A stretch of DNA of 64,000 nucleotides, taken from NCBI RefSeq assembly GCF_964204645.1, contig NC_134026.1:16588150-16652149 (forward strand), written 5' to 3'. This document shows, piece after piece, positions 12,586-25,700 of this stretch (positions within the stretch are counted from its first letter, which is position 1; each line of letters opens with the position of its first letter). Position numbers and translations under genes: made by a program. Below the pieces are notes generated by a model that worked only from the letters and a program-made list of their open reading frames with translations, searched no databases and had not been told where the DNA came from. This DNA is from Tubulanus polymorphus. Its lineage: Eukaryota; Animalia; Nemertea.

Positions 12586-12802
12586 AAGTAACGAGACGAG
12601 TAGTACTATATAGGTTAACTATTTATTTGACGCACGATCTTTCGCTTCTAATGAATATAAGCTTCATCAGGTGTCCAGACCTGATGAAGCTTCTATTCAC
12701 TAGAAGCGAAAGCTCGTGCGTCAAATAAATAGTTAACCTATACAATACTACTCGTCTCGTTACTTATTTTAAACCTGGTTAACACGGCTACCCTACGAAT
12801 AT
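12586..12802. mobile_element. Penelope-derived inverted terminal repeat (~184-bp palindrome) with hammerheads on both strands
   Basis: 12584-12767 is a near-perfect hairpin; CTGATGA-AGCTTCTATTCACTAGAAGC-GAAAGCTC core; 9-bp TSD TTCTGTGAT at 12577-12585 and 12803-12811. Confidence 0.75.
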
Positions 12803-13199
12803 TTCTGTGATGAAAACGAACATATTGAGAGGTTACCACGCAGGGTATGGGTACGATTTCGTCAATATGGATGGATAGTTTGAAAGTATTGTGATGAAAA
12901 CGTGGAATGATGACGATAGGCTTGAAAATTTTAGGATCACAAAAGGAACCTTTACGGTAGGCTTCCTTTTGCTCAATTGGATTCTGGTTTCTTGTTCAGA
13001 GAAGTTTATAACTGATCCCTGATCCTGATACCGAATTGCCAATATCGAATTCCGCACGATTGAACATTTGTTTGAGTAGCCAGATCGACTGTCTGTCACA
13101 TAACTTATGAAAAATGCGAAGCACTTACACAGAGGAGTATGTCAAAATACCCTCAGGTGATGCGTTAAAGGAAAAAATAGAATATAAATGGGTTCGAGA

Positions 13200-13990
13200 T
13201 GCAGCGATGACGGGTTTTCCGCAAAGCCATTCACTAGGATGATGGGAATTGTATTAAATTGAAATACTGATACATAGAATAAAATGCATTGACAGATTTG
13301 AAACTAATATGCAACTACTGTGTAAACGTCAAATGTGATTCAGCTTTGAAACCGAACATACGCGGACATACAATAATACGATTATACGCGGACATACAAT
13401 CAACAAATTTGAATTTATTCGACCAGGCATCAATTTTGGCATTCAAACATGATCCTGTATTATCAAACGCTAAAAATGGATCTATCCTATTAAGAACTCA
13501 TCTTAAGCACCTGCTGAGTCAGAGTTTCAGTTACAATCAAATCCAAATTGGCTAAAAGTACATAGGACTAAATGAAATGAACTGTTAGTCACTGCAAACC
13601 TATTCCAGTGTTATGTCGATCGTGTTGAATCACTTTGATTGAGTTGAAAGAATCAGATCCTCCATATATTGTACAACATCGGTCGAAGAGTGATATCTTG
13701 GTGTTGACTGTCCTTGACCATCTAACTTCATGCGTTTGACATTGGAATCAGCATCATACCCACGTGAACTTCAAAATGTTCACACAACATGAAAACCTAC
13801 AGTACATGTATACAGTAATCAAACTTTCACCGATTTTTGGATGTTTGAATGAACGTTAGGCTTATTTCAGTATTATAAAACAGGAAATAATGAGCCCAAT
13901 CATTAGGCCCTATTCCTGGTACAATTGTATATAAGTACAGCTATATACCGTACACGTGGAGATCACTTAACAGTCACGTACGGATAACAA
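13200..13990. repeat. Dispersed repeat nested in the Harbinger element; inverted homolog of 39-72, 767-1190 and 2262-2553
   Basis: Direct reverse-complement matches visible by eye with scattered substitutions. Confidence 0.85.
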
Positions 13991-16059
13991 CTTCGTACCA
14001 ACTGACCTACCAGTATATTTTAGTCCCAAAACGCACCAACCGGCACAGGCCTAACACTGCTTGTCAACTGTGTGTTCCGTGGTAAGCTATCGTAATCACC
14101 TGATACTTGTCTGTCGTTTGTTTTCTTTCTGAGTCGAACGTAAGCCGCCCGCGACTCAATGACCTCGATTTAAACTTGATCAATTCAAAATCTATTTATT
14201 GACACTTTTGGTGACGTGAAAAGATCAGTATTATACTTAAATGAAATAACCGGAATAACAAGAAATCGAAAATATTAAAGAGGTAACAAACAAATGCCCG
14301 TAAACCTGTCGGACTCGCGAACGCTGGACTCGTAATCTCTTGGACTCAGACCCGCTGAGCAATAAATTCATAAAATTGACTTTGAAATTGATTGTGGAGA
14401 CGAGAGGGAACAATTCAATAGCTCTTCCTCAAAAACAAAAGAGAAATATCGAGTAGAAAACACAACGTGGCTACTAATTGAACGGGGCCAAATTTCCGAT
14501 GTTTACGGCTCGACAGTGCCTTTATAAAGTGGATTTATCAAAATTCCCATGCAATATCTGGAGATTGAAGTGAGCTGAATGATATCATACGGATTGTACC
14601 GGCAACAGCGGTAAGGTAAGGAAGCCTTTACACTTCTAACAAAAACTGTGTGGAAAAGGGAAAAAGAAAAATAATGATAATCATGCGATTCTCAATAGGG
14701 TTTTCTGTGAAGAAACAGAAAACCCTAAAACTGGTACTACAGCGTTAACATGACAGCAGTTGTTGAATATCGATACCGTTTTATGTACACATACACAGGT
14801 TACCCTGGTAGTATGCATGACGCTTTTTGCATTCATCATTCTTTAATGATGGTATGGATGGCAACCTTGTTCCAGACTGGACGAAAGACATTAATGGTAA
14901 ACGCATCCCCCTGCTTTTTCTGGGGGATGCTGCGTACCCAATGCTCCCCTGGTTGCTTAAACCATACATTGGTAATGGCAACTTGACACCAGAACAAAAA
15001 CATTCAAATATCGATTGAAAGGCCGGTGGAGAATTTAACAAAAATGTCTTGATTGCGATGTTACTCGTGTACCAACGATTGCCGGTGCGTGTGTTGTGCT
15101 ACACAATATGTGTGAAACGTTAAATTAACAATTTCGGAATGAATTGAAACCATCGATCACTGAGCTAGGTTTAAGGGTAAATCCGGAGCCACCCACAGCT
15201 GAAAACATATTAAACCTATTTACACCAAACTAAATAGATTATCATGTCTAGTAGAATCTATTTATAAAATTATTTGATTATCATAAATTATCAAACTAGG
15301 CAAAAAACCATGAATGTTACAATTAGCTGTTGCATATTGCAGCTTATTGTCAATAAAAATTTCAAACTTATGTATAATAATTGCAAGAAACTTTTATTGT
15401 TTACTAGTTGTTCTGTTCTGAGTGAAAATTTGAAGGACGGGGTGCAGAAGAAAAGGCATTTCTCTGATAAAGCAGCAAATGGCTCTATTTTTGAAGAATT
15501 ACATTCGAAAGTTGTAATTTCCAAGCAGATGAGTGAAGGCAGGAATCCAGGCCCCCTAAATCCGCTCCTGGTGGTTATGTAACAAGAATGAGCGAGGAAG
15601 GTCAGTAAGAAATGAGCACCATCTTCACAAGAAACTATGATAAAGAACACTATTTAGATATGAAATATAATGTTCTTGCAACTAGTAATGGCAGACATGA
15701 AGATCTTTCAGTAAACAAAAACTCAAATATACAAATACATTATGATGACAGGGAACGTAATACTGTTAAAATTTAAATACACGTAAAATACAAATACATT
15801 ATGCTGCCATGCAAAACTCGCATAACATAAAATACTGTTTACAATCGAAACATTAAACTTCCCAGGGAACACAATTTTGCTAAAATTCAAATACACGTAA
15901 AATTTTTCAGAAAAAAAAAACTAATTCAAATATACAAAAGCTGATACTATATACACTAATATAATAACACGATACTGCAAAAATTCAAATAAACACACTC
16001 ACTGCATACACAAATATCCTCATACAGCACCAACAGTTAATCGAAAATGGACATATCTA

Positions 16060-17714
16060 CCACCTTTTGGTTAGCTGATTCAAAATTGTTTCCGAATAAA
16101 GTGCATTATTGTAGGGTATAGGCCGGGAACTCGGATGTGGTTCGACAGGATTACGGGAACGATGTGGCTGCTGGTAGTGAGATTGATTTTGCTGCGTCAA
16201 ACCACCTAACAGCATTTGCATCATCTGCATTTCGTGTTGCATTCGCCATTCTTCTTTGGCTCTACTTTCCTACTTTCGAATTTCATCTGACTTCTCTTTT
16301 TCCACGAGTCACCGCTCTTCGCGTTCCTTCTCTGAAGCAAAATACCTTCTTTCTGTTTCTCTTTGGAGGTGAAAAAACTCCCGGTTCATTCTTTCCTTAA
16401 AATCACTTGCCGAACTTTACTTCCGTTTATCTTCCTTTACTGGAGGAAATAACAAGAACATCGAAATTAAGCTTGGTAATATTGTTAAGAAAATTTTGAA
16501 AATCTTAATTAATGAAAAATGCAATAATGATATTGTGGTGTTAATCAATTCAATCTCATACCCGGTAATTTATTCGGATATGCACTTTTTGATGACTTCG
16601 GGGTCGTTTCATCTCGAGTGCATTTTTCAGCAGTTGTTGGTAAACCGGACTCTCAATAGGCCTAGAAGTACCGGTCTCAATCTGTAGTGTTTTTGGTGCG
16701 ATTGGTTCTGCAACAAAAAAAAATCATTCAGTCATCATTTATTTGAAATAAGAACTGCACTTAAAAAGCGATAAGATAAAAGGTGATAAGACACCTACCA
16801 AAATCCATCATTTTCAGGTGACATATCTCGCAATCTTCGCCTTTTGGTGCTGTAGGAGGTTGAGGTGTTGGGCCTTCATGAAAGAAAATCACATATATTT
16901 TAGAATACCGGAGTATTTAAATTTTAAACCATATGGAAATCAATAATGATGAACAGAAATCTCTCATCTCGATCTGCATCAAAGGTGAAATTGCTGTTGG
17001 TAAAGACCAAGCTATTCGTGCTATTTGGTCGCTCAGAAATTGAATCTGGAGTTGCTCCTAAAAAGAAATAGGCCTTTTCATGAAAAAAGACTTCATGAGA
17101 TTTTTGTAGATTGTTTTTCTAAATGTTTACCTCTCGAACATGACAAAAATCCGTTACTTCAAGAGCAGGCTCAACTTCTGCAAAAAGGGTTAACAATCTT
17201 AAATTCAAGTTCAAATCGGAAAATGATAAGGCTCGTATCTATTAAAATGGTGCCGCATGGTCAAGCATACCTGATAATTCTAGATTTTCATCTACAAATT
17301 TATCATTACCATCGCTTTCTGTTTCACAACAAATGCTATCGTCAGCAGTATTTGTGACTCGTTGAGAGTCCAACAAGGCTTTTGGTTTAGTGGCGGGTCT
17401 GTCCGCCAAAATCGCGTCCACTTCATCAAAAAATTCGCAAACTGCCCATCCATTTCCAGAACAGTTTAATGTGGTTTTCGTCTTCCTATACGTTTTGATT
17501 ATTTTTTTAATCTTATTTTCTACTTGTTCGCCAGTTCTTTCGAATCCTAATTCAGTTAATTGAATTGCCATTTCGCCGTATATAAAACTATCTCTTCGAG
17601 TTCCTTGCAAACGAGCAAGTATACGTTCATCGCCATATATGTTTATGAGCGAAATATTTTCTTCGTGAGTCCAAAGCTGCCTAATCGCTTTTTCTTCAAT
17701 TTTTTCGAAGGCAT
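16060..17714 (-). pseudogene. Harbinger Myb/SANT (trihelix) DNA-binding protein gene, probably spliced
   Basis: MPSKK...LWTHEENISLINIYGDERI...GFERTGEQVENKIKKIIKTYRK...CEFFDEVDAIL; Q/M-rich C-terminus at 16057-16242. Confidence 0.8.
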
Positions 17715-18096
17715 TTTATAATCAAAACAGGGACGGAGAGTTGTCAACTTGCTCTCGAACTTGCACGTGGTATTAACCCGGAAGTGAATTAACGACACTC
17801 AGCCACCTGGCTTGAGTGTAAAGTACTACGCAGATGTAAATACGCGGCTAACTAAGCGCCGAATCTGCGTTCACGCTACAGAAAATACGCGGCCAGCTCA
17901 TTTCCATACTGAGATCGGGATTTCGGCGCGGAATCGCATTCCGCGCTTAATAAGCCGCGAAACTCAGTACGGAACTGAATAAGCCGCGAATAGTCCTCGA
18001 ATAAATTCCTAGTGAGACGCTTAGTACAGTACTGAAATCCTAGTGAGAACGCAGCTTTAGATGCGATCGTCTCATTAATCAGCCGTAATAGATTAT

Positions 18097-18392
18097 AGCG
18101 GAGTTCACACTAGATTCGGCGCTTACGAAGTACCGTACTTCGCTGGTGCCGAATCCACCAAAATACGGCGCTGATACAGCCAATTACCGTCACACTACGA
18201 GTTGGCAATTCGGCACTTAGTAAGCCCAGTAAAATAGTCACTCAGTCTTCAAATAAAGGGGAGTGGAATCGCATTCCGCGCTTTATAAGCCGGGTATTTC
18301 AGTACGGAACTGCATAAGCAGCGAATAGGCCTCGAATAATTTCCTAGTGTGAACGCTTAGTACCGTACTGAAATTCGAGTGTGAACGCAGCT
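18097..18392. mobile_element. MITE derived from the adjacent Harbinger (both ends fused)
   Basis: The 5' half matches 12212-12375 and the 3' half matches 17930-18056; same TIR motif. Confidence 0.85.
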
Positions 18393-18839
18393 ATTTCCAT
18401 AGTCCCTCGAATGCATACCTAAGAATATCTAAGGCATATTAACTCAAAAAACATGAAATTATCAGAATTGTAAAGAGATAAACCAAAAAAATGCCATGCC
18501 AAGTTTAGAACTAACCGGAAATGTATTCCAAATTCAAGCAAAATATAATCCATTAGAAAAAGGTTTCACTGCAACCAATCGAAATTATCTCAGTATGTTT
18601 CAGGCGTCATTCACAAATAAAATGCGATATTTCGTTAGATAAAAACTTCCAAAGTAAGATAATTAATTCATAGACTATGATAACGATCAGATTAGGTTAT
18701 TTGGGGCGGTTGGATATTTTAAATACATTTTTTTGCTTCTTAAAAACAGTTGGCGTACCATGACATTTCAAAATGGCCATCCTTGTGATTACTCCGTTTA
18801 CACGCTAGTAGTTGATGGGCAACGTCCTCCGTGATCGCA

Positions 18840-18923
18840 AAGAGTACAAGCTTTACCATGAAGGCTATATACTAAATATGTAAGAGTACAAGCTTTACCA
18901 TGAAGGCTATATACTAAATATGT
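18840..18923. repeat. 42-bp tandem duplication
   Basis: AAGAGTACAAGCTTTACCATGAAGGCTATATACTAAATATGT occurs twice in a row. Confidence 0.9.
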
Positions 18924-18941
18924 TAAGTAACAGTACCTTAC

Positions 18942-18995
18942 CTACACATGCACCTCGTTTTGTATCAAAATGCTTGCCATAACCACAATGTAAAT
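18942..18995 (-). CDS. Host VWA/EGF gene: 54-nt Cys linker exon 2
   Basis: tttctttctag|ATTTACAT...TGTGTAG|gtaagg; encodes NLHCGYGKHFDTKRGACV; phase 1-1 and same size as 34214-34267. Confidence 0.8.
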   Translation of the reverse strand: MYIVVMASILIQNEVHV

Positions 18996-19140
18996 CTAGA
19001 AAGAAAACAGATTATACATTTGTTAAGGAAATGATGAGGAATGAATTGACAATTTTCCATACTTCAGATCTAGTCCAATGACTGCATTGAGAGAACCTAT
19101 GCAACATTGTATGCGTACCGTACACTATAGGGATGCTTAC

Positions 19141-19695
19141 TCTTCTTTATTTTGAGCACTGTCGATACGGCTAATTCTTGGACGGCATTGAAGTTTAGAA
19201 TATTCGGCAACTTGGTCAAAAATTCACTATTCAAAGCGTTATAGAAGAACTGTGTAGTTGGAGTGTCGTAGCTGATTGCGTATAGTGTTGTCTCAGTGGA
19301 AAGTACTTCACGCAATGCAATAAGGGATTTTTTAGTCTGAATAGTGCGTCCACTTCCGACGTATAGCACCACAGTTGGAACATCCCTATCGTTGAACTTA
19401 GTATATATATCGTGGCTGACGTGCTCCAGGATAGACCCAATATTTGGATCGTTATCATTCCAGCTCCAATCAGATATAGATTTGATGATACAGTGCAGAT
19501 CACTGCCACACGAATCAACGCTTACACCTGACCATACCTTATCAGAAAAAGCAGCCAGTGCAACGCGAACGAATGCCGGATGCACGTACATTATTTTCAA
19601 TATGTACTTGAAGAGCTCAAATAATTTAGGCCATGCGGTAGGATGCACGCCAGTCGAAGTGTCGATGATGATGGCGAGGTCTAATTTTACTCTTA
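19141..19695 (-). CDS. Host VWA/EGF gene: VWA domain exon 2
   Basis: ttttacag|TAAGAG...AAGAAGA|gtaagc; 555 nt; KLDLAIIIDTSTGV, VRVALAAFSD, DRDVPTVVLYVGSG. Confidence 0.88.
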
Positions 19696-20035
19696 CTGTA
19701 AAATAGGTAAAATTAAATACAAATTTATAAAATTTCATCATCAGAAGTTTATCAGGGTATGTCAAAACGCAGGCTCCCGAAGCAAATGAGTTACAGGCTG
19801 ACTAAAGGAGCCACCATATATTCATATGGATACTATATGAATTCTGCGAATACTGTAAATGATTGCACTTCGTATCAATATGTTAGTGTGGAAACATCAC
19901 CGTCTCCGATCCATACGCCAAGTTAAAGGGTAACTAACACTTTTTCAAATTTCAAAATATGGTGTCTTCTATGGTGTAGAGCCCATATAAATATGTACGT
20001 TGAATTTTGAGGAAGCTGCGTGTTTCTATTTATAA

Positions 20036-20777
20036 ATGCAGCCGGAACAATCACAAACTAACAATATTACAAATAGTGTTGTTAATATTTATCATAAGAA
20101 ATGTTGTAAATGTAAAATAAGTAAACCATTTACAGAATATTATAATCATAAAACTAAGAAATATGGTAAACGAACATATTGCAAAAGCTGTACTAAACTA
20201 TATAATAAAAAATATCAAGCAAATAATACTGAAAAATGCAAAGATATTAATAAAAAATGGAGAGAAAATCATCCAGATTATATGACAGAATACATGAGAC
20301 AATGGCGAACAGATAATCGAGAATATAATAATAAACATCGAAATAACCATCAAAAAGAAAGATATCAAACAGATTTTAATTCTAAATTGAAAAAATGTTT
20401 AAGTTCAAGATTAACACAATTATTCAGTAAAGATAAACACTCAGTTACACTAACAAATTTGTTAGGTTGTTCAGATGAATTCATGGATTATATTTCAGTT
20501 TGATGGTGAAATGAATATAGATAATTATGGTGAATATTTCCAAATAGATCATGTGTTACCAATATCTAAATTTAACATGAGTGATGAATACAATAAAAAA
20601 CTAATTTGGAATTGGAAAAATTTAAGGCCTTTAGAAAAGAAAGAAGATAAAATAAAATTTGATAAACTAGATTTAAAATATTATTTAGATCAACTGGATA
20701 AAGCAAAGACATTTATTGAATTATGGAACAATGATCCAAATAATGAACAATACGTTGAGTTTTTGATAAGTGGTTAA
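20036..20777 (+). pseudogene. NCLDV-type zinc-finger/HNH endonuclease (frameshift near 20490)
   Basis: KCCKCK...YCKSC N-terminus, basic helical middle, LLGCS, NYGEYFQIDHVLPISKFN...NWKNLRPL. Confidence 0.7.
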
Positions 20778-21102
20778 AGAATAGTTTACAGGAATTCAAT
20801 ACCGAGAATCTGAAATGACTTATCTGGACAATTTAATTGCTACTATAGATAGACAATAGTAGTGAGGTATTAAATAGAATTTAAATAAAATATAATAAAA
20901 ATTACATACCTTCAACTAGCCATTATTTCTATTTTAATTTTTAATATTTTCTTTTGCATTTCTTTTCAAAAGGAGAATACTTTATATTTTGATAAGATTT
21001 GAATGAGAATTCTTTAACTTCAAATAGCTAGTATTTAAAATTCTTTAACTTAACTAGCTAGTATTAAAATATTATATTTTTTTTCAATTTTCTCTAAAAT
21101 AA

Positions 21103-21673
21103 ATGTCAAAGAAATCGAATAAGAATAATATTGATATTGAAAAAACATAACATGATTTAGGATTAACCGAAGCTAAAGTTGAAAATAATGATGATAAAGC
21201 AGCAACTAATTGTGCTCAAAATAATAATAATATTGATTATGAATACTATTTGATGTGTAAGCACCATCTTGAGTTACTAATTGCTGGTGGAAAATCTAAG
21301 GATTTCTTGGGGAACATTTTAACTTTTCAAGAACTAGATGCCATGAAACCAGATAAAGTAATCAAACATTTCAGAATATATGAAGAAGCTAGATTAGCTC
21401 GAATAAACGATTCTATTTCGGATGGTATTATAAAATGTTACTCTAAATTATGTAATCGAGTAATACCAATTGATGATGAAAATAAACTATATATTTAAAA
21501 AATGACTACTTAGTTATGACAGAACTACAGAAATGGGTTGGATACGCTTCATTCCAATTAGGTGGAATAATGACATTGATTTCTACTGGAGTTATAACAT
21601 TTTCTAACATTAAACCTATAGAATGCAAAGATAAAAGTAAATCAGAAGATATCGAATCAGAGCAAAAATTAAC
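21103..21673 (+). pseudogene. Polinton protein Z1, copy B
   Basis: Homolog of 8365-8880; stop and frameshift present. Confidence 0.7.
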
Positions 21674-21681
21674 TAAAATAA

Positions 21682-22050
21682 ATGAGTGATGATATTAAGA
21701 AGAAGCCTAGATCCGAAAAAAAAATTAAACTGGCAAGGGAGTTGGGTAAAAGATCTTCAGAATTAAAAAGAGCTAAGAAAAAGAAATTAACTGATATAAA
21801 TGAATCACAGAAATTATCTGTTATTGATTCGAATGATAATCCATCTGATTCTTCTAATGCTGGAAGTAATAATAAATTATATATTATAATTGGATAAGTA
21901 ACAGTTATTATATTTTCTGGTGTAATATATAAATATAAATTCAAATCTGATGATAAAGATGATTCCAATGATTATAAACCTATTATACCAGAAAATAAAT
22001 CAAATGATAAAGTCATTGAAAATAAACCAAGATTATTATTAATGGATTAA
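21682..22050 (+). pseudogene. Polinton small membrane protein Z2, copy B
   Basis: Basic N-terminus and TM segment LYIIIG*VTVIIFSGVIY containing a stop. Confidence 0.6.
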
Positions 22051-22056
22051 AACAAG

Positions 22057-22725
<669 letters not shown>

Positions 22726-25700
22726 ATATGGAAAAGATGAAATCTGAGTGACGGACGCCTCGTTACAGCTTGATTCAATTTTTCATAGTAAGAAATCATA
22801 GCGATTCGGGAAAACAATATCAAGTACCCCAACTACGGGGTAACGAAAACACTCACACTTAAATGTTGTTAATGAAACTGGAAAGATAATCAACTCCAAT
22901 ATTTCATATTGAAATTGTACTGTACTTGGACCCAAAGCATTAAATTAATGAAGAAATTAAATCAATTCTTAGTCAAAACTTGGAAAATTGAAAATTAATG
23001 CCAGAGTTAAGGGGTGGGAGGAAAGAAGATGAAACTGTAACTCTTAAGTTTTGATTCATTTCTGAAATTTCGGAAGCCCAAATTTGAAATGAATCAAACC
23101 TCATAATTTTCTTATCTTATATTATAAGATCAAACGAAATTTAAATTTTTAATTTTTGCAAGAAAAAAACTTGAAAAATTTCTTATAAATTAGGTCTCGG
23201 TACCACTGTTGATTATTCTTTCGATTTAGATAAAGTTGCATTTTTCAATGGTTTAAAACTCTTTGTGAAAACATAATGTAACCAATGACATTTCTATGGT
23301 GGAAACTGAGAGGGGTTTTTGCAATATTGAAGAATTTTGATCTGGTAGTTAATTTGGAAATTAGTTCCATTTGGAAATAAAAGGAATACGAGAAGATTAC
23401 AACGCATTTCTTAATTACTGTACCTTCAAAGAGAAAAAAACCGAATACGCGTTGAAAGGCACAAATCGAAAAATTATTTTCTGTCAGTACAAAAATTGAT
23501 TTCTCTTGCGAAAAATATACACTTCTTTCTAATCCTCCGGGAATACGGTTCAAAATAAGCAGTGCACGCGGCAAGCGGTACCGAATTCCTTATTTGTTGA
23601 AGAAGGGGCAGAGACCGGTTCCTGAACTTCGCTGAAAAAGCTGAAACACTGAAACGCTGAATCGCTGAAATAAAAACGCTGAAATTTCAGGGAATTTCCG
23701 AAAAACGCCGAAATTTCAGGGAATTCCCGAAAAACGCTGAAATCGTGCTAGGTACCGACAATACACGTTTTGAAATAATATCCGGGCCGGTATCCGCTGC
23801 CGAGTCCTGAACCGTCTTTTAGTCTCCACCTTCGGTTACAGAGACATGCATGGGCAGTATGTGTGGAGTATACTTCTAGAGGGCCACTTGTTGAACAAAT
23901 TAATTCGCTTGAAATCCGGATTTTTAATGCATACAGGCAGCATGATGAGGAAAACCCATTCACAAACCGTGCAAGCCAACTTAAACACTATGCTCAATAT
24001 TCCAAGAATATGGTTTACTTCTATCGTTCATGTATAAAACAGGATTATAAGCAACTTTTCTTTTGTCAACACGTTGATGGGCGACGGACTATGGTATTCT
24101 CTGAAGGAGGTAAATTAAATTTGACAGCTAGTTATATAAATGATGCAGCTTTTGGACAAAAGGGATCTAACTAAATTTCTTTTTAATTCACCGTGGAATG
24201 GAATGGATTGACGCCAATGACATGCAGTAGGCCCCTACTTATAGGTCATACTAATTAGCGTCAACCAATTAATCTAAATCGGGCAAACCATTCAACAACT
24301 GTAATTTATTTGCTGTGTTGTGATAATAATAGGTTTTTTTTTTTAAATGACATACCAACTGTTAGAAAAATGTACCGATTCTTATTTTTAGACTACTACG
24401 GTATCTATAAAAGGAGGAGTCATAGATAAAGTTGATTTGCTCAGCTGGACACACTTCTTGTCAAGTACATCATCTCAAGTATTGGGTGTTTTGTAAGTTT
24501 GATTTCAGTATTTATTTACTAAGTGCTGTTCCCTCGGACCTCAGTGCTTTCAAACTAGGCCCACCCCATAGGCTATATCTCCAGAGTGTGTTAGCCACTA
24601 TTCGTTTATTTCCTACTTTAAATGCACTTTTTTCTATTTTTAGACTCGGGCTAAGAATGTGCAAATTTGAGATACTGAGAAATCAGATGGCACTAGTTAA
24701 CTTGAACTGCGAAATTTGCAGCAGGATAGCTGAACGACACAATTTTTAAAAACAAAATGGCTATTCGAATGCTATTTCAGTAATAACTTGATTCAACCAG
24801 AGAGAAATAAGTCAATTGGGGATGTACAGTACACCCACTTTACTTCCCCGTTTTCCTGGTACCAAATTTTTTATCTTAAGCTAAGCAATATTCTAAGGTA
24901 TGCTAGTGAATTTCATTAGAATATAAAGCAATGGAACCAGAATTCAAGCCCGAGTTAAGCGAACTATTGATTCTGATATAATGTAAGAACTGATTTCTTT
25001 TGTGTATTCTTATAATGTGTTAAGTATTATTTTAAGCTGTTAAATAATATAATTAGACAAACGTCAAATTATTGGATCTTTCTTGTTGACTCGTTTAATT
25101 TTGTGAGTTTAGAGTTCCAGTCAATCCACAATGTGCAGTGCCTAGCCTTCATCTAGTACTAAAGCCAAGCCTGTGTATGGGAAAACGTTGTTCGACTCTC
25201 ATAAGCCAGACAAGTAAAAACTTGCAATACATTGCAGATAGTAGTCTCCAGCAAGTAGACAGAGAAAGTAAACCAGGTTTTACCCCGTACCCTACCCGGC
25301 ATCTTCACCTGTCAAGGGATTCGAACCCACTACACTAAAGCTGTTCTCCAAACCGCTTGACCTCGAGTCGTTACTAGCCGACCAGAATCAGGTCGGGCCA
25401 ATCACAGCGCTTGTTACAAACGACATTTGGCATCTATGGAATTTCCCGGTAAATGGACCAATCAGCGAATACGTAGCGAAAACGGAAGTATTGTCGCGTG
25501 TTGATATATGACGTCATTCGCTAAAACGCCGGTAATGAAATCGCGCGTCGTGAGGCCAGGGGGCAGGTGGAAGCGAGTTTGGGAGCGATACTGGTCTCCT
25601 GGCAAGCGAGGATGCCTTCCCGGGAACGAAAGACACTCCAAGACTCCTTCCTTGAAGAGATTGTAGAAATATGGCACCCAATCGTAGTAATGCTAAGTAC

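Larger units (their letters stand above)
12384..15130 (+). pseudogene. Harbinger (HARBI1-like) DDE transposase remnant
   Basis: WNDDDRLENFRITKGTF (~12900-12955); YTGYPGSMHDA, LGDAAYPMLPWLLKPY, LKGRWR and ACVVLHNMCE (14750-15120); frameshifts and nested insertions. Confidence 0.85.
12212..18056. mobile_element. PIF/Harbinger DNA transposon (degenerate autonomous copy)
   Basis: TIRs AGATGCGTTCACACTA and TAGTGAGAACGCAGCT; TTA target duplication at 12209-12211 and 18057-18059; DDE nuclease and Myb/SANT genes in convergent orientation. Confidence 0.88.

Noticed and set aside
767-13990. Inverted repeats at 767-2553 and 13200-13990 as TIRs of Polinton copy A
   Set aside because: The right copy is nested inside the Harbinger element, the left copy abuts a truncated viral gene, and the copies are diverged; dispersed repeats fit better.
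15274-15650. Overlapping ORFs on both strands
   Set aside because: No recognisable motifs; they lie in the spacer between the convergent Harbinger genes.
20806-20871. SECIS element
   Set aside because: It has ATGA and a stem, but the 3' GA quartet register and apical AA spacing do not fit, and there is no in-frame TGA selenoprotein upstream.
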